64,000 nucleotides of DNA from Escherichia phage JS10: sequence record EU863409; one strand, written 5' to 3'. The position numbers and the translations under genes are program-made. Of this stretch, positions 10,016 to 18,748 are shown in pieces (the first letter of the stretch is position 1; each line of letters begins with the position of its first letter). The notes below the pieces were generated by a model. That model made no database searches, had not been told where the DNA came from, and saw nothing but the letters and a program-made list of their open reading frames with translations.

Positions 10016-10311
10016 GCCAATTTTACTCGCTTAACATATAAAGTGTCTAAAATCAATTTTAATTCTCGAGCCCGTTCTTTGGTAGGAAAAACTGTTTTAG
10101 TTTCCCACTTATCAAACCACCATTTTCTTGGCGTGCACACTGTTTCAAGGCGTCCAAGCCGAAGATATCTTTTTGTTGAGATTTCATAAGCCTCTAAAGC
10201 AGTGTCGGCTCCAATCTTTGTCGAATACAAAGTCACTTCACCGGCATCTTCTAACGGAATTTCATACCCGTCTTTGTCCTTGTGAACCAATACGTATGCA
10301 TAGTACATCAC
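10012..10311 (-). CDS. hypothetical protein (dda.1 position)
   Basis: 99-aa ORF. Confidence 0.45.
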   Translation of the reverse strand: MMYYAYVLVHKDKDGYEIPLEDAGEVTLYSTKIGADTALEAYEISTKRYLRLGRLETVCTPRKWWFDKWETKTVFPTKERARELKLILDTLYVKRVKLA

Positions 10312-10312
10312 G

Positions 10313-11062
10313 TTAACCTCTAATCAGTGAAAAAATTGAAGCATTCAGCGGAAGACCTTTTTTCAACTTCAATTTGTCAATAAAAGAAAGGTGTTCTAAA
10401 CGCTCCAGACCTTGAATAATTTTATCATACATATCGTAACGCGTTTCTGCTTCAGACAATTTAAACTTAACACGCCAATCAGGTCCACCAATTAAAGATT
10501 TAAGACCTTTTTCCATAGTACCGATTGAAGCATTAGAACCGTGGATACGGGCCTTAACTGCGATAACAGAAGGAGTCTTATCAGTAGCTCCCGATTTAAT
10601 AAGGTCTTTAAGACGTTTTTCACGTTTTTTAAGACCTCTTTGGGTATCTTTTATATTTTTAACGATTTTACGGATTTTATAATAGTTGTCAGGAGTAACT
10701 TTAAAACTATTAGGCATTTTAGAACTACCTGAAATACGAACTGCTAAACGAGTCTGAGCACGTTTCAGTTCATCAAGGGACAAATCGGCACGTAAGCTGT
10801 TATACTTAACTTTAACTGGGATTACATTACCCTCAATATAGCCGATATCGTTGTTAAAACGTTCAAATGAAATCTTATCATTAACTGAATTTTCATCAAA
10901 GTACTCGCCTGAATAAGCGCACACTTTTTGTTCGAGAAGTCTACGAACATACTTACTAGACAGATTGAAGTCCTTACCACGTTTATAAGCAGAAGCTTTG
11001 GTGTGTTTGCGGCGGTTGTAAACCTTTAACTCAAATTCATCGTTAGTTTTAATAGTAGGCAT
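10313..11062 (-). CDS. Srd-like protein (by position and size)
   Basis: 249 aa, basic; sits in the T4 srd slot between dda and modA; no motif confirmation. Confidence 0.4.
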   Translation of the reverse strand: MPTIKTNDEFELKVYNRRKHTKASAYKRGKDFNLSSKYVRRLLEQKVCAYSGEYFDENSVNDKISFERFNNDIGYIEGNVIPVKVKYNSLRADLSLDELKRAQTRLAVRISGSSKMPNSFKVTPDNYYKIRKIVKNIKDTQRGLKKREKRLKDLIKSGATDKTPSVIAVKARIHGSNASIGTMEKGLKSLIGGPDWRVKFKLSEAETRYDMYDKIIQGLERLEHLSFIDKLKLKKGLPLNASIFSLIRG

Positions 11063-11089
11063 GATATTTTCTCATCTTACGGACGATTA

Positions 11090-11130
11090 GTTGATAGGTC
11101 TATAGTATCATGTTGCTTGATAAAGTAAAC
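11090..11130 (-). promoter_or_regulatory. early-promoter cassette
   Basis: gttgataggtctatagtatca...gtaaac; minus strand GTTTAC-N17-TACTAT. Confidence 0.6.
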
Positions 11131-11199
11131 ACTTTTTTGCTTTAAATTTTCAACGGTATAATGAATCAAGGACTTTGCCTTTCAATTAAACCGGGCGGT

Positions 11200-11814
11200 T
11201 CAGTAAGAAAGAACGGAAAGATTCCAAATGGTGTAATTATTCCATTTAGGATTTCTCTCAATAGAGTCTACGCGTAGCGTAGTTCCCGCAGGGAACATCA
11301 TCTCATCTTCATCATTAATTAATTGTAAGTTTGCTACACGTGTAGATTCAGGAAATGCGCCTGGGAACTCTTCAGGGGGCGCAGCACATAACATTTTAAA
11401 GATTTCTTCCTGATAATTGTACACAAATGGTGCATCATTAATACAAAAGATATTAAATGTGCCGTAGAAGTTATAAGATGCGAAATTCCTTGCTACGTTG
11501 AAGTCTTTAGAGAAGCTCATCACACGGTCGAATTCAATTACCGCACCCACACACATTGTGGACTCTAGATACTTCAGGGTCTTTTTAGATATACCGCGAT
11601 AGAGCTTATCAGGCACTACAGAAGTCAGGTTCTTACGAATAATTTTGTTCAGAGTTTCCTGGATAGAATCAGGTTTATTTTCCATACACTGCCAGAGCGT
11701 GCTCTGTTCTAAATCAGAATACACCTCATCAATTTCTATCTGGGTATTCTCACGGAAATCATCGCATTTGGCATTGTTGATAAATTCTGCTAATTTATGG
11801 CTTGGATATAACAT
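11200..11814 (-). CDS. modA: ADP-ribosyltransferase ModA-like
   Basis: 204 aa; LYRG motif; paralogous to next ORF; T4 order srd-modA-modB. Confidence 0.65.
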   Translation of the reverse strand: MLYPSHKLAEFINNAKCDDFRENTQIEIDEVYSDLEQSTLWQCMENKPDSIQETLNKIIRKNLTSVVPDKLYRGISKKTLKYLESTMCVGAVIEFDRVMSFSKDFNVARNFASYNFYGTFNIFCINDAPFVYNYQEEIFKMLCAAPPEEFPGAFPESTRVANLQLINDEDEMMFPAGTTLRVDSIERNPKWNNYTIWNLSVLSY

Positions 11815-11827
11815 ATTATTCTCCTCA

Positions 11828-11869
11828 GTTGATAGAAAGATAGTACCACAAGCTTCCTTGCCTGTAAAC
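11828..11869 (-). promoter_or_regulatory. early-promoter cassette
   Basis: gttgatagaaagatagta...gtaaac, overlapping the modB stop. Confidence 0.5.
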
Positions 11870-12438
11870 TAAAAATCCAACATTTTTAAATGAATTATTT
11901 TGTACTCGATTTCGTATGGGTCTCTTTTGATAGTTTCGATTTCCACAATCTCAAACCGTGATAGACTAGAGACCATGAACTCACATTCAGTTTCAACCAT
12001 ATCATAGAGGTCAATACGGGTTTCATCTATTTCAAGTTCGTCCACATTCCCTGCAAGAACAAGGTCGATAGCATGATTGTAGTAGTCAAAAATGAAGGGT
12101 GCATTCCTGAGACTTAAGATGGTTTTGGTTCCATATTCCCATGCCCCTGCGAACTGACGAGCCTGAGAGTATTGTGTACTAAAAGAAGTAACCCGACCAG
12201 GAGACCAGTGGCACCCTACTGAAAGGAGCTCTAATTGCTCAAGTTCTCTGGTGGTAATCCCACGATAAAGCTCTACCGGAACCACTGAAGTGACATGCTT
12301 ACGAACCAGTTTGTCTAGGTCGTAATGGAAGTTAGGGTCTTTTTTGGCATCCAGACATTTCTCTAACAACGCTTGTTCAGATTTTGAAAATTTGGAATTG
12401 ATTCGGTCTTGATAAAGACATTTTTGTTCGATGTTCAT
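11869..12438 (-). CDS. modB: ADP-ribosyltransferase ModB-like
   Basis: 189 aa; ELYRG motif; paralog of the modA ORF. Confidence 0.65.
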   Translation of the reverse strand: MNIEQKCLYQDRINSKFSKSEQALLEKCLDAKKDPNFHYDLDKLVRKHVTSVVPVELYRGITTRELEQLELLSVGCHWSPGRVTSFSTQYSQARQFAGAWEYGTKTILSLRNAPFIFDYYNHAIDLVLAGNVDELEIDETRIDLYDMVETECEFMVSSLSRFEIVEIETIKRDPYEIEYKIIHLKMLDF

Positions 12439-12440
12439 AT

Positions 12441-12462
12441 GACCTCCGGTGATTTAGAGGTC
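12441..12462 (-). promoter_or_regulatory. RBS-sequestering hairpin in modB leader
   Basis: inverted repeat gacctc/gaggtc (6 bp) with 10-nt loop; the GGAGG RBS lies in the 3' arm. Confidence 0.45.
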
Positions 12463-12491
12463 ATTATAACATGAAGGGAAGGGTTGTAAAA
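12463..12491 (-). promoter_or_regulatory. early-type promoter of modB
   Basis: minus strand TTTTAC-N17-TATAAT, directly abutting the hairpin. Confidence 0.5.
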
Positions 12492-12493
12492 CT

Positions 12494-12682
12494 TTATTTT
12501 ACCCAAGGAGCCCAGGGTGGAGGGTCTTGATAGTAAGAAGCAAGGTCACTAAGAACATCTTTAGGCAACTTAAAACCGTGCTTCTGTATAATCATATCAA
12601 GTTCATTGACAAGGTCAATAGGCGGCTCCTGAGTTGTTTCAGGCTCAGGGTCCGGAATGACGAACATATCAAATAAGTCCAT
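12494..12682 (-). CDS. hypothetical protein
   Basis: 62-aa acidic, Pro-rich ORF. Confidence 0.4.
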   Translation of the reverse strand: MDLFDMFVIPDPEPETTQEPPIDLVNELDMIIQKHGFKLPKDVLSDLASYYQDPPPWAPWVK

Positions 12683-13173
12683 TAGTAACCACCGATAGGA
12701 CCATAACCATACATACGAGCTCGTAACTTAGCATCACGAATAGCTTCTTCGGTCAGGGTAAAGCGCAAACCGATATCAAAGTGTTTCCAAATCTGACATT
12801 CTACTTCCGTCAGGTCTTCGACCGTAGAAATCAGATAAGTACGACCTTTAAGACGTTCATTAGCCATTTTATCTCTATCTTTATAGAAAATATCCGTTGT
12901 TCCTTCGGCATACGGGTCTGCCGGATAACGATAGCCTTTGATATGCAAGGCTTGAGCCACACTAAAAGGACACCCATCAGCAACATCAACGTTTTGATTA
13001 TGGCGTACTTTCATCATAACATTTTCAGGAAGCTTGATATCTTTTAAGCGCGTTTCTAACTGGGTGATAGAATTCATACCATTGTCAACAAGGATAAGAC
13101 TTGCTGTAGCATCATAAGGACTCGTTTGACCTGATGAATCACGCACATGGAATTCGAGTTCATAGACTTTCAT
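12682..13173 (-). CDS. hypothetical protein (T4 mrh position)
   Basis: 163-aa ORF; assigned by synteny only. Confidence 0.4.
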   Translation of the reverse strand: MKVYELEFHVRDSSGQTSPYDATASLILVDNGMNSITQLETRLKDIKLPENVMMKVRHNQNVDVADGCPFSVAQALHIKGYRYPADPYAEGTTDIFYKDRDKMANERLKGRTYLISTVEDLTEVECQIWKHFDIGLRFTLTEEAIRDAKLRARMYGYGPIGGY

Positions 13174-13323
13174 TATGTTTTCCTCTTTTTAGTTTACCTA
13201 CTAAAGGACCATCCGGAATTTTATTTTCCTGGATGTATTTCTCGTTTTCTTCCATCATTTTACTACCAATTTTAAGAAGCAAATCCATTGCCTCTTTAGT
13301 ACGTGCTTCAGCTTCTTCAATAG

Positions 13324-13524
13324 TCATGATTTATCCCCATAGATATCACGCATAATCCTAAGGGCCTCGCGTTCTAATTTCTTTTCGCGTTCGTCACGGA
13401 TGCCTTTAAGAATCCATTCCTCGGATTCACGCTTCATTTCTGCATTAGCTTGGTCTAACCAACCGTCATCAAGATAATCACCTGGGCGGTCCAGCCAATC
13501 TTTAAGCCATGATAAAGGTTTCAT
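13324..13524 (-). CDS. hypothetical protein
   Basis: 66-aa ORF. Confidence 0.35.
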   Translation of the reverse strand: MKPLSWLKDWLDRPGDYLDDGWLDQANAEMKRESEEWILKGIRDEREKKLEREALRIMRDIYGDKS

Positions 13525-13841
13525 TAATCACACGAGCTTGACGAAGAGTCACAGCTTCCCGAGTCAGAATAAGACGAATCGCCGGTCCAAGAACTAACGG
13601 CAGCCGCTACTACAATAGGAGTGGTATCAATATGGCTTGTTCGACTAGCTTCTAGATGTTCTTTAAACTTTTTAGAATTCAAAGGAAGGGCCTTGGCATC
13701 CACATTACCCGCCTTTTCAGGTTGACGGGTAACTTCTTCCATCATACCATCGCCTACATAAACATATTCCTTCGGGCCTGAGATAGGAACTACACCTTCA
13801 CCAGGAGTGGTCTTGAAAAAATTTTTAAGCCAACGAATCAT
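13524..13841 (-). CDS. hypothetical protein
   Basis: 105-aa ORF with Ser/Cys-rich C-terminus. Confidence 0.4.
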   Translation of the reverse strand: MIRWLKNFFKTTPGEGVVPISGPKEYVYVGDGMMEEVTRQPEKAGNVDAKALPLNSKKFKEHLEASRTSHIDTTPIVVAAAVSSWTGDSSYSDSGSCDSSSSSCD

Positions 13842-14047
13842 AGGAAACCTCGTTTAAATTCAACCTTATCAATATCATCAGTCTCGTGACGGATTTCGGC
13901 GTTAAATTCGATAGAACCGTCTTCATGCATCATAAATGAATGGACAATAACTTCGGTATACCAAGGAGTATAGAAGTACTTTTTCAATACGTGATTAGCG
14001 ATAATTTCATCCAAAGTTTTATTTGGTTTAATCCAACGATTTAACAT
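13838..14047 (-). CDS. hypothetical protein
   Basis: 69-aa ORF. Confidence 0.4.
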   Translation of the reverse strand: MLNRWIKPNKTLDEIIANHVLKKYFYTPWYTEVIVHSFMMHEDGSIEFNAEIRHETDDIDKVEFKRGFL

Positions 14048-14114
14048 AGTGTTCTCCTCTATAAGATACGTCTATCTTAACATGGTCTACTCGTAAAGTA
14101 AACTACTAAAACGA

Positions 14115-14143
14115 AAAAAGGAACCCGAAGGTTCCTTATAATT
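14115..14143 (-). terminator. UUCG-loop intrinsic terminator after soc
   Basis: aaaaaaggaacccgaaggttcctt: 7-bp stem, cgaa loop, U-run on minus RNA. Confidence 0.6.
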
Positions 14144-14149
14144 AATCTA

Positions 14150-14383
14150 TCATGCCGCTGGAGTTACTTTAAACAAGTCTTCGTTTGCCGTAATCCATGC
14201 CTCCCGGTCATCCTTCTCAAAAACGGTAGAATATGCTGCATCTTTAGAAGGGAAAGTCTGGTAATGAGAGCCCGCAATTTTGTGGACATCTGAATACAGA
14301 GTAAAATCAATGGAAATTTCTTTGCCTTCTACAGTACCACCGGTGACGTCACGGGTAGCTGTTTTGATATTAACATAAGCCAT
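14150..14383 (-). CDS. soc: small outer capsid protein Soc
   Basis: 77 aa; MAYVNIKT...GKEISIDFTLYSDVHKIAGSHYQTFPSKDAAYSTVFEKDD matches T4 Soc closely. Confidence 0.85.
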   Translation of the reverse strand: MAYVNIKTATRDVTGGTVEGKEISIDFTLYSDVHKIAGSHYQTFPSKDAAYSTVFEKDDREAWITANEDLFKVTPAA

Positions 14384-14413
14384 GCAATTCTCCTTTATGA
14401 TTAATTACAAATG

Positions 14414-14421
14414 TATTTATA
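14414..14421 (-). promoter_or_regulatory. late promoter TATAAATA for soc
   Basis: plus-strand tatttata; about 30 nt upstream of the soc ATG, with AAGGAG RBS in between. Confidence 0.6.
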
Positions 14422-14423
14422 CC

Positions 14424-14447
14424 AAAAAAGGAACCCGAAGGTTCCTG
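14424..14447 (-). terminator. UUCG-loop intrinsic terminator after soc paralog
   Basis: same aaaaaaggaacccgaaggttcct hairpin as at 14115. Confidence 0.6.
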
Positions 14448-14451
14448 GTAA

Positions 14452-14682
14452 TTAAAACATATCGTCGACAAACATTTTACTATTTAAAGCAATCCATTCC
14501 TCCCTTTGGTCTTCTTCAAAGACCGGAGTATAAATTGGTTTTTCAGTAATAGAAATTGTATAGTTTGCACCAGCAACACGGTTAACATTGGAATAAAGAT
14601 TAAAATTAACCGAAGCTTTTCTGTTACCAATAGTCATATCGCCGTCAACATGAACGAAGGTCTTGATGTTTACATAAGCCAT
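14452..14682 (-). CDS. Soc paralog (divergent second copy)
   Basis: starts MAYVNIKT at ATG 14680-14682 (track gives 14694); 76 aa, alignable along its whole length with the soc ORF. Confidence 0.7.
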   Translation of the reverse strand: MAYVNIKTFVHVDGDMTIGNRKASVNFNLYSNVNRVAGANYTISITEKPIYTPVFEEDQREEWIALNSKMFVDDMF

Positions 14683-14724
14683 GCAATTCTCCATTTTATT
14701 AATTACATGACTTATTTATTAGTA

Positions 14725-15246
14725 TTAATAACCTCGGTCTTGACGAGCAAAGTTCTCGGCATTTTTAAGATAATACAGTTTAAAGATTTCTTCAGCAGTC
14801 AGTCCAAGACCCTGGAACATATTCAGAACAAAGTGCAGAATATCAATCATTTCGAATTTAATTTCGAGCTGGTCTTCAGGAGACAAATCATTAATCAGGG
14901 TTTCGCGACGTTCAGCATGTTGAGCTTTCCAAGGCTTCCATACTGCAGATGCATCTTTTTCACCATTGCTCATACCACCAAGAGAAGTCAGAAGTTCACG
15001 GAATTCGTCATCAATATAATCTTTCTGGTTGCGAAGCCAATCGACAACTTCACCCGCAGTGGCCAAATCATCAGGATGACGATTATATTCAGGCTTATCT
15101 TTAGCTAAACGAACCTGTAATGATTTCTGCATATCAAGCATAACCTGCAGAGGGTCTTTATCTTCGTGAATCAGAGCATTAAAATAAGCTTCTTCAGCTT
15201 TATCGGCACCGGCAATCAGTTGAGAACATTCATTAAAATGAGCCAT
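14725..15246 (-). CDS. 56: dCTP pyrophosphatase (dCTPase)
   Basis: MAHFNECSQL... matches T4 gp56 start; MazG-like; track start 15264 trimmed to ATG at 15244-15246. Confidence 0.85.
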   Translation of the reverse strand: MAHFNECSQLIAGADKAEEAYFNALIHEDKDPLQVMLDMQKSLQVRLAKDKPEYNRHPDDLATAGEVVDWLRNQKDYIDDEFRELLTSLGGMSNGEKDASAVWKPWKAQHAERRETLINDLSPEDQLEIKFEMIDILHFVLNMFQGLGLTAEEIFKLYYLKNAENFARQDRGY

Positions 15247-15340
15247 TATATTTTTCCTTATCAATTCATTTGTTAGTAAGTGAGATAATTATAAACTGCT
15301 AGATTAAAGCGAATAAATATTAATTTAACAGGAGGATAAC

Positions 15341-15541
15341 ATGGGTAGTATCTTTTATCAAATTTGGAAATTGGCTGAAAAGAAAGACAAGAAAATGATG
15401 TTAGGTTTTCTTGCGCTGGACGTATTCCTTTGGAATCTTCTGGTAGTCCCTGTAGCCGCTAGCCAAGGGATAATTTTACCAGCGGTTACAATGGAGCACG
15501 TAATGAGCATTATAGGATTCTTTACCGGAATCCCTGCTTAA
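15341..15541 (+). CDS. small hydrophobic protein (66 aa), plus strand
   Basis: AGGAGG 5 nt upstream of ATG; two predicted hydrophobic segments; lies in the 56-61 intergenic space. Confidence 0.4.
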   Translation: MGSIFYQIWKLAEKKDKKMMLGFLALDVFLWNLLVVPVAASQGIILPAVTMEHVMSIIGFFTGIPA

Positions 15542-16566
15542 ATCTTGGAATATTTCGAAAGTCTCATTTTTGCCATTAAACCCTGGGCTATATTAGCTTT
15601 CATATATGCCAATACATCATTTATATCAGCTTTATCTTTCATAACCATATCATTTATATCTTTAGAAGGCCATGGAGCCTTGTCCCAGAATAGAACCCTT
15701 TCGCCGGCATCAACTAATCGTTGCATACGCTTAATTGTGTCAGGATGACGGGGTTCATTGTCCATTACCCAAGCACGAGTTTCTTTACATGGAACCATAG
15801 CCAAGTCCAACGACCCACCAGTAATTGCTATTGCATTAGGTACGAATAATGAATCAATAGGACCTTCCATTACCCACACCAATTGACGTTCGTCAACTGT
15901 ATCCATTCCATATATTTTTGTAGCTTGGTCGTGAGCTTTTATTGTAATATATTTTTGTGGAGCATCTTTACGTAAGGCTCGGCCCTGAAAACTTTCAATT
16001 TGTTTATTCTTATTGAAAATCGGAATAACCAAACGTGGTTCAGGCATTTCTTTGGAATAGGTCCCTGGATTAACAGAATTCACCAATGCAGGCCATTCTT
16101 TAGTAAACCATAACCGATTCCATTTATTTTCAGGAATGCACCGCAGAGTTACATACTTAATAATAGGATGGTCTTTCGGCATTCTATCTAATCGTTCACA
16201 GAAATTAAGCTTTTCAATGACAGGCATCTTAGCTTTAATTTTTTCAGATATCTCCACCTTAGGTGCAGCTTGTCTCCCGAACGATTGCTCTTTATGTTTC
16301 TCAAGAATATATTCGCGATATAAATCAGGCTCATATTCGTATAGGTACTTCTTAATTCCTGCTGAATAATCGCAGTTAAAACAGTGTAGCATTACAGAGC
16401 CGTCATTGGCCGGATAGGCCCAGAATCGAGCTTTGTTCTCATCCTTTTGGGAGTCGCCACATACACGACAACGACAGTTTAATTTAAAATCACTACCAGT
16501 TACTTGTCTGAATTTAGGTTGGTAATTCAAGGCACGTACAGCAAATTCTCTATCGACATATGACAT
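15538..16566 (-). CDS. 61: DNA primase
   Basis: 342 aa (same length as T4 gp61); N-terminal Cys4 zinc ribbon CRCRVCGDS...CFNC. Confidence 0.85.
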   Translation of the reverse strand: MSYVDREFAVRALNYQPKFRQVTGSDFKLNCRCRVCGDSQKDENKARFWAYPANDGSVMLHCFNCDYSAGIKKYLYEYEPDLYREYILEKHKEQSFGRQAAPKVEISEKIKAKMPVIEKLNFCERLDRMPKDHPIIKYVTLRCIPENKWNRLWFTKEWPALVNSVNPGTYSKEMPEPRLVIPIFNKNKQIESFQGRALRKDAPQKYITIKAHDQATKIYGMDTVDERQLVWVMEGPIDSLFVPNAIAITGGSLDLAMVPCKETRAWVMDNEPRHPDTIKRMQRLVDAGERVLFWDKAPWPSKDINDMVMKDKADINDVLAYMKANIAQGLMAKMRLSKYSKI

Positions 16567-16782
16567 TATTTTTCCTTGGGCTCTAAATTAATAGAGCCAT
16601 TATATCATTCGTTTTCGGATTTTTCTTTACGCTTTTTAGATGGGATTTGTTCAGGCCCTTTGTTGACGACTGCGCCTGAGGTAGTTCCGGAGGCAATATT
16701 AGATGGATTTCCACCAGCATCGCCTGCGACCATATCTTCGTTCATAACTTCTTTAAAAGATTTCATAGGCTCCTGGCCTTAT

Positions 16783-16974
16783 TTATATTACGAAAATAGC
16801 TTTATCACCATTTGCATCAGTGACTTCATATGTATCTTCGTGGTAAAGTGGGATAATCCAAGTTACGCCATCACCGGCAATAATATGGATAGCTTCTTGG
16901 TCTTTTGATACGATTTCATATTCTTCGAACAGTTCGAATACAGAAATCTTAGAGCCCGTACACATTGCAGTCAT
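16783..16974 (-). CDS. hypothetical protein
   Basis: 63-aa ORF. Confidence 0.4.
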   Translation of the reverse strand: MTAMCTGSKISVFELFEEYEIVSKDQEAIHIIAGDGVTWIIPLYHEDTYEVTDANGDKAIFVI

Positions 16975-16975
16975 A

Positions 16976-17416
16976 TTAACCTCGGTTCATAAAGGCATTA
17001 AAAATCTGGTCGTCAATTGAATAAACCGGAGCTTCCAGAATTTTCAACAGACTGTTTTTGATATACTTGCTAGGGATATCCATATTAACAGCATCATTCA
17101 ATTCGTTGTCCGGGAGGATGTCTTTAAATTCGAATCCATCAAACTCAACCTTGTCAGGAATACCTTCAGCGAAAAAATAAACCAATTGATGCATTGCATT
17201 ACACGAAAATAATTTAGACCTTACCGCAATAAGTTCTTGCCAATGGTTTAATTCTCTGTTAAGAAGTTTATGGGCCATTGTAATTCTATCATCACTATCA
17301 ACAAGAAAATAGCCCAGGTACTGGTGGTCGTCGCTCCAAAACATCCTGTATGCTTGTGCATTTGGATTTTTGCAACGGAGCTTTTTGATAACCAAATTTC
17401 TGTTAATCTTATTCAC
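16976..17416 (-). CDS. hypothetical protein
   Basis: 146-aa ORF. Confidence 0.5.
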   Translation of the reverse strand: MNKINRNLVIKKLRCKNPNAQAYRMFWSDDHQYLGYFLVDSDDRITMAHKLLNRELNHWQELIAVRSKLFSCNAMHQLVYFFAEGIPDKVEFDGFEFKDILPDNELNDAVNMDIPSKYIKNSLLKILEAPVYSIDDQIFNAFMNRG

Positions 17417-17702
17417 CTGTCACCTCTTTAACAATATTTTTGTTATCGAAATTAGCATCACAGTACAGAACATAGTTATACTGCATAACACCGCTGGAAG
17501 CCAATTGGTCGGATACTTCTTTAACCATATCAGGACGGTCCCGTTTAGTGATATTCATGATATCAGCGTAAATCTGATGTTCAACTGATTCTTGGTCTGC
17601 AGTCATAGACCATTCACAAAGGTCTTTATCCAATCCAGCCGTAACTGGAGCTGTACCACATGATGCTACTGTAAGGATTGCTGCGATTAATAACTTTTTC
17701 AT
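17409..17702 (-). CDS. secreted/periplasmic protein, Spackle-like by size and position
   Basis: 97 aa with N-terminal signal peptide MKKLLIAAILTVASCG; T4 sp is about 97 aa in the 61-41 interval. Confidence 0.45.
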   Translation of the reverse strand: MKKLLIAAILTVASCGTAPVTAGLDKDLCEWSMTADQESVEHQIYADIMNITKRDRPDMVKEVSDQLASSGVMQYNYVLYCDANFDNKNIVKEVTGE

Positions 17703-17718
17703 TTTTAACTCCTCATTA

Positions 17719-17760
17719 GTTGATAGGTCTATAGTACCACTACCATAGACCGATGTAAAC
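17719..17760 (-). promoter_or_regulatory. early-promoter cassette
   Basis: gttgataggtctatagtacca...gtaaac. Confidence 0.6.
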
Positions 17761-17761
17761 T

Positions 17762-18001
17762 TTATTTTAACGAATCTTCCAAATAAATTTTACGGAATTT
17801 ACGTTTTGTCTGACGAATCTGACGCTTAGTAGGCTTCACAGGAAATTCGAAGAACTCTACGTATTCTTGTTCATAATCGTTGTGGCCGACTGAAAGAACT
17901 AGTTCCCAGCTGCTTACGGTGCGTTGGATAAACATATTATGCTTACCAAAAGATTTATTCCAAAAAGAGCTAGGGGTTGGCTTCATTAATACAATATTCA
18001 T
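17762..18001 (-). CDS. hypothetical protein
   Basis: 79-aa ORF. Confidence 0.45.
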   Translation of the reverse strand: MNIVLMKPTPSSFWNKSFGKHNMFIQRTVSSWELVLSVGHNDYEQEYVEFFEFPVKPTKRQIRQTKRKFRKIYLEDSLK

Positions 18002-18142
18002 TTATTCCTCGTCTTCATGTTTATGAGCAATTTCTTCGTATTCGCTATCGCAGTCTAAACAAGTTGCGTTGTCCCAAGCATCAAATACTGCCTGGTCTTC
18101 ACATACCGAACAACCACATACTACACATTCAACCTCTTCCAT
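18002..18142 (-). CDS. small Cys-rich (zinc-ribbon-like) protein, about 41-46 aa
   Basis: CxxC...CxxC (CSVCEDQ...CLDCDSEYEE); exact start uncertain by a few nt; stop at 18002-18004. Confidence 0.3.
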   Translation of the reverse strand: MEEVECVVCGCSVCEDQAVFDAWDNATCLDCDSEYEEIAHKHEDEE

Positions 18143-18346
18143 TTAGATTTCCTCAATGCGGGCATCATATTCAAAAACTTTATTATCATTAACAAAGGCT
18201 TTCACCAGTGCATTATTCACTTCTGCATACTGCACTGTAACCCATTCAATCATTTTTTGGTCACTAACATCCAGCGCAGTTTCTTTGGTAAACATATTAC
18301 CATTTTCAAACCAACCAATAAACACTACGTTCTCTAATTTATACAT
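18143..18346 (-). CDS. hypothetical protein
   Basis: 67-aa ORF; start overlaps stop of upstream gene (TAAATG junction). Confidence 0.45.
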   Translation of the reverse strand: MYKLENVVFIGWFENGNMFTKETALDVSDQKMIEWVTVQYAEVNNALVKAFVNDNKVFEYDARIEEI

Positions 18347-18664
18347 TTAGATTTCCTCACAGAAGGCCCATTCAGCGTGATAAACCGTAGCGCCTTTGGT
18401 ATCATTTAAACAAACCACATCTACCGGAGCAATTACACGATAAAGACGAGGTTCTCCTCCCACCGAACGAGCAGCTCGTCCAGCATAAATCTTAGCCAAA
18501 CCGATATCTTCAGTAAAGAACACACGATTTAGGTTTTTCTTACGACCAGTTTCAGACAGAACTCCTGTTTCCTCAGGAGGACAAAGCATATTACCAATAT
18601 TAGCAACACTACAACTTCCATGGTAATACACTTTATATTCCGCTTTACAGTCGATGGTTTTCAT
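18347..18664 (-). CDS. hypothetical protein
   Basis: ATG at 18662-18664 (MKTIDCK); track start 18676 is a TTG inside the promoter leader. Confidence 0.5.
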   Translation of the reverse strand: MKTIDCKAEYKVYYHGSCSVANIGNMLCPPEETGVLSETGRKKNLNRVFFTEDIGLAKIYAGRAARSVGGEPRLYRVIAPVDVVCLNDTKGATVYHAEWAFCEEI

Positions 18665-18676
18665 TTTGTTCTCCAA

Positions 18677-18717
18677 GTTGATAGGTCTATAGTATCATGC
18701 CTACAGGAGAAGTAAAC
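18677..18717 (-). promoter_or_regulatory. early-promoter cassette
   Basis: minus strand GTTTAC-N17-TACTAT-AGACCTATCAACTTGGAGAAC-ATG. Confidence 0.6.
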
Positions 18718-18727
18718 CCTTAAAACA

Positions 18728-18748
18728 AAAAAGGAGCCGAAGCTCCTT
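18728..18748 (-). terminator. UUCG-loop hairpin after gene 41
   Basis: aaaaaaggagccgaagctcc. Confidence 0.55.

Noticed and set aside
10313-11062. HNH homing endonuclease in the 249-aa srd-slot protein (FERFNNDIGYIEGNV)
   Set aside because: The motif lacks the catalytic His and the Cys/His metal ligands of HNH domains; no other seg/mob-like GIY-YIG or HNH signatures were seen in the window
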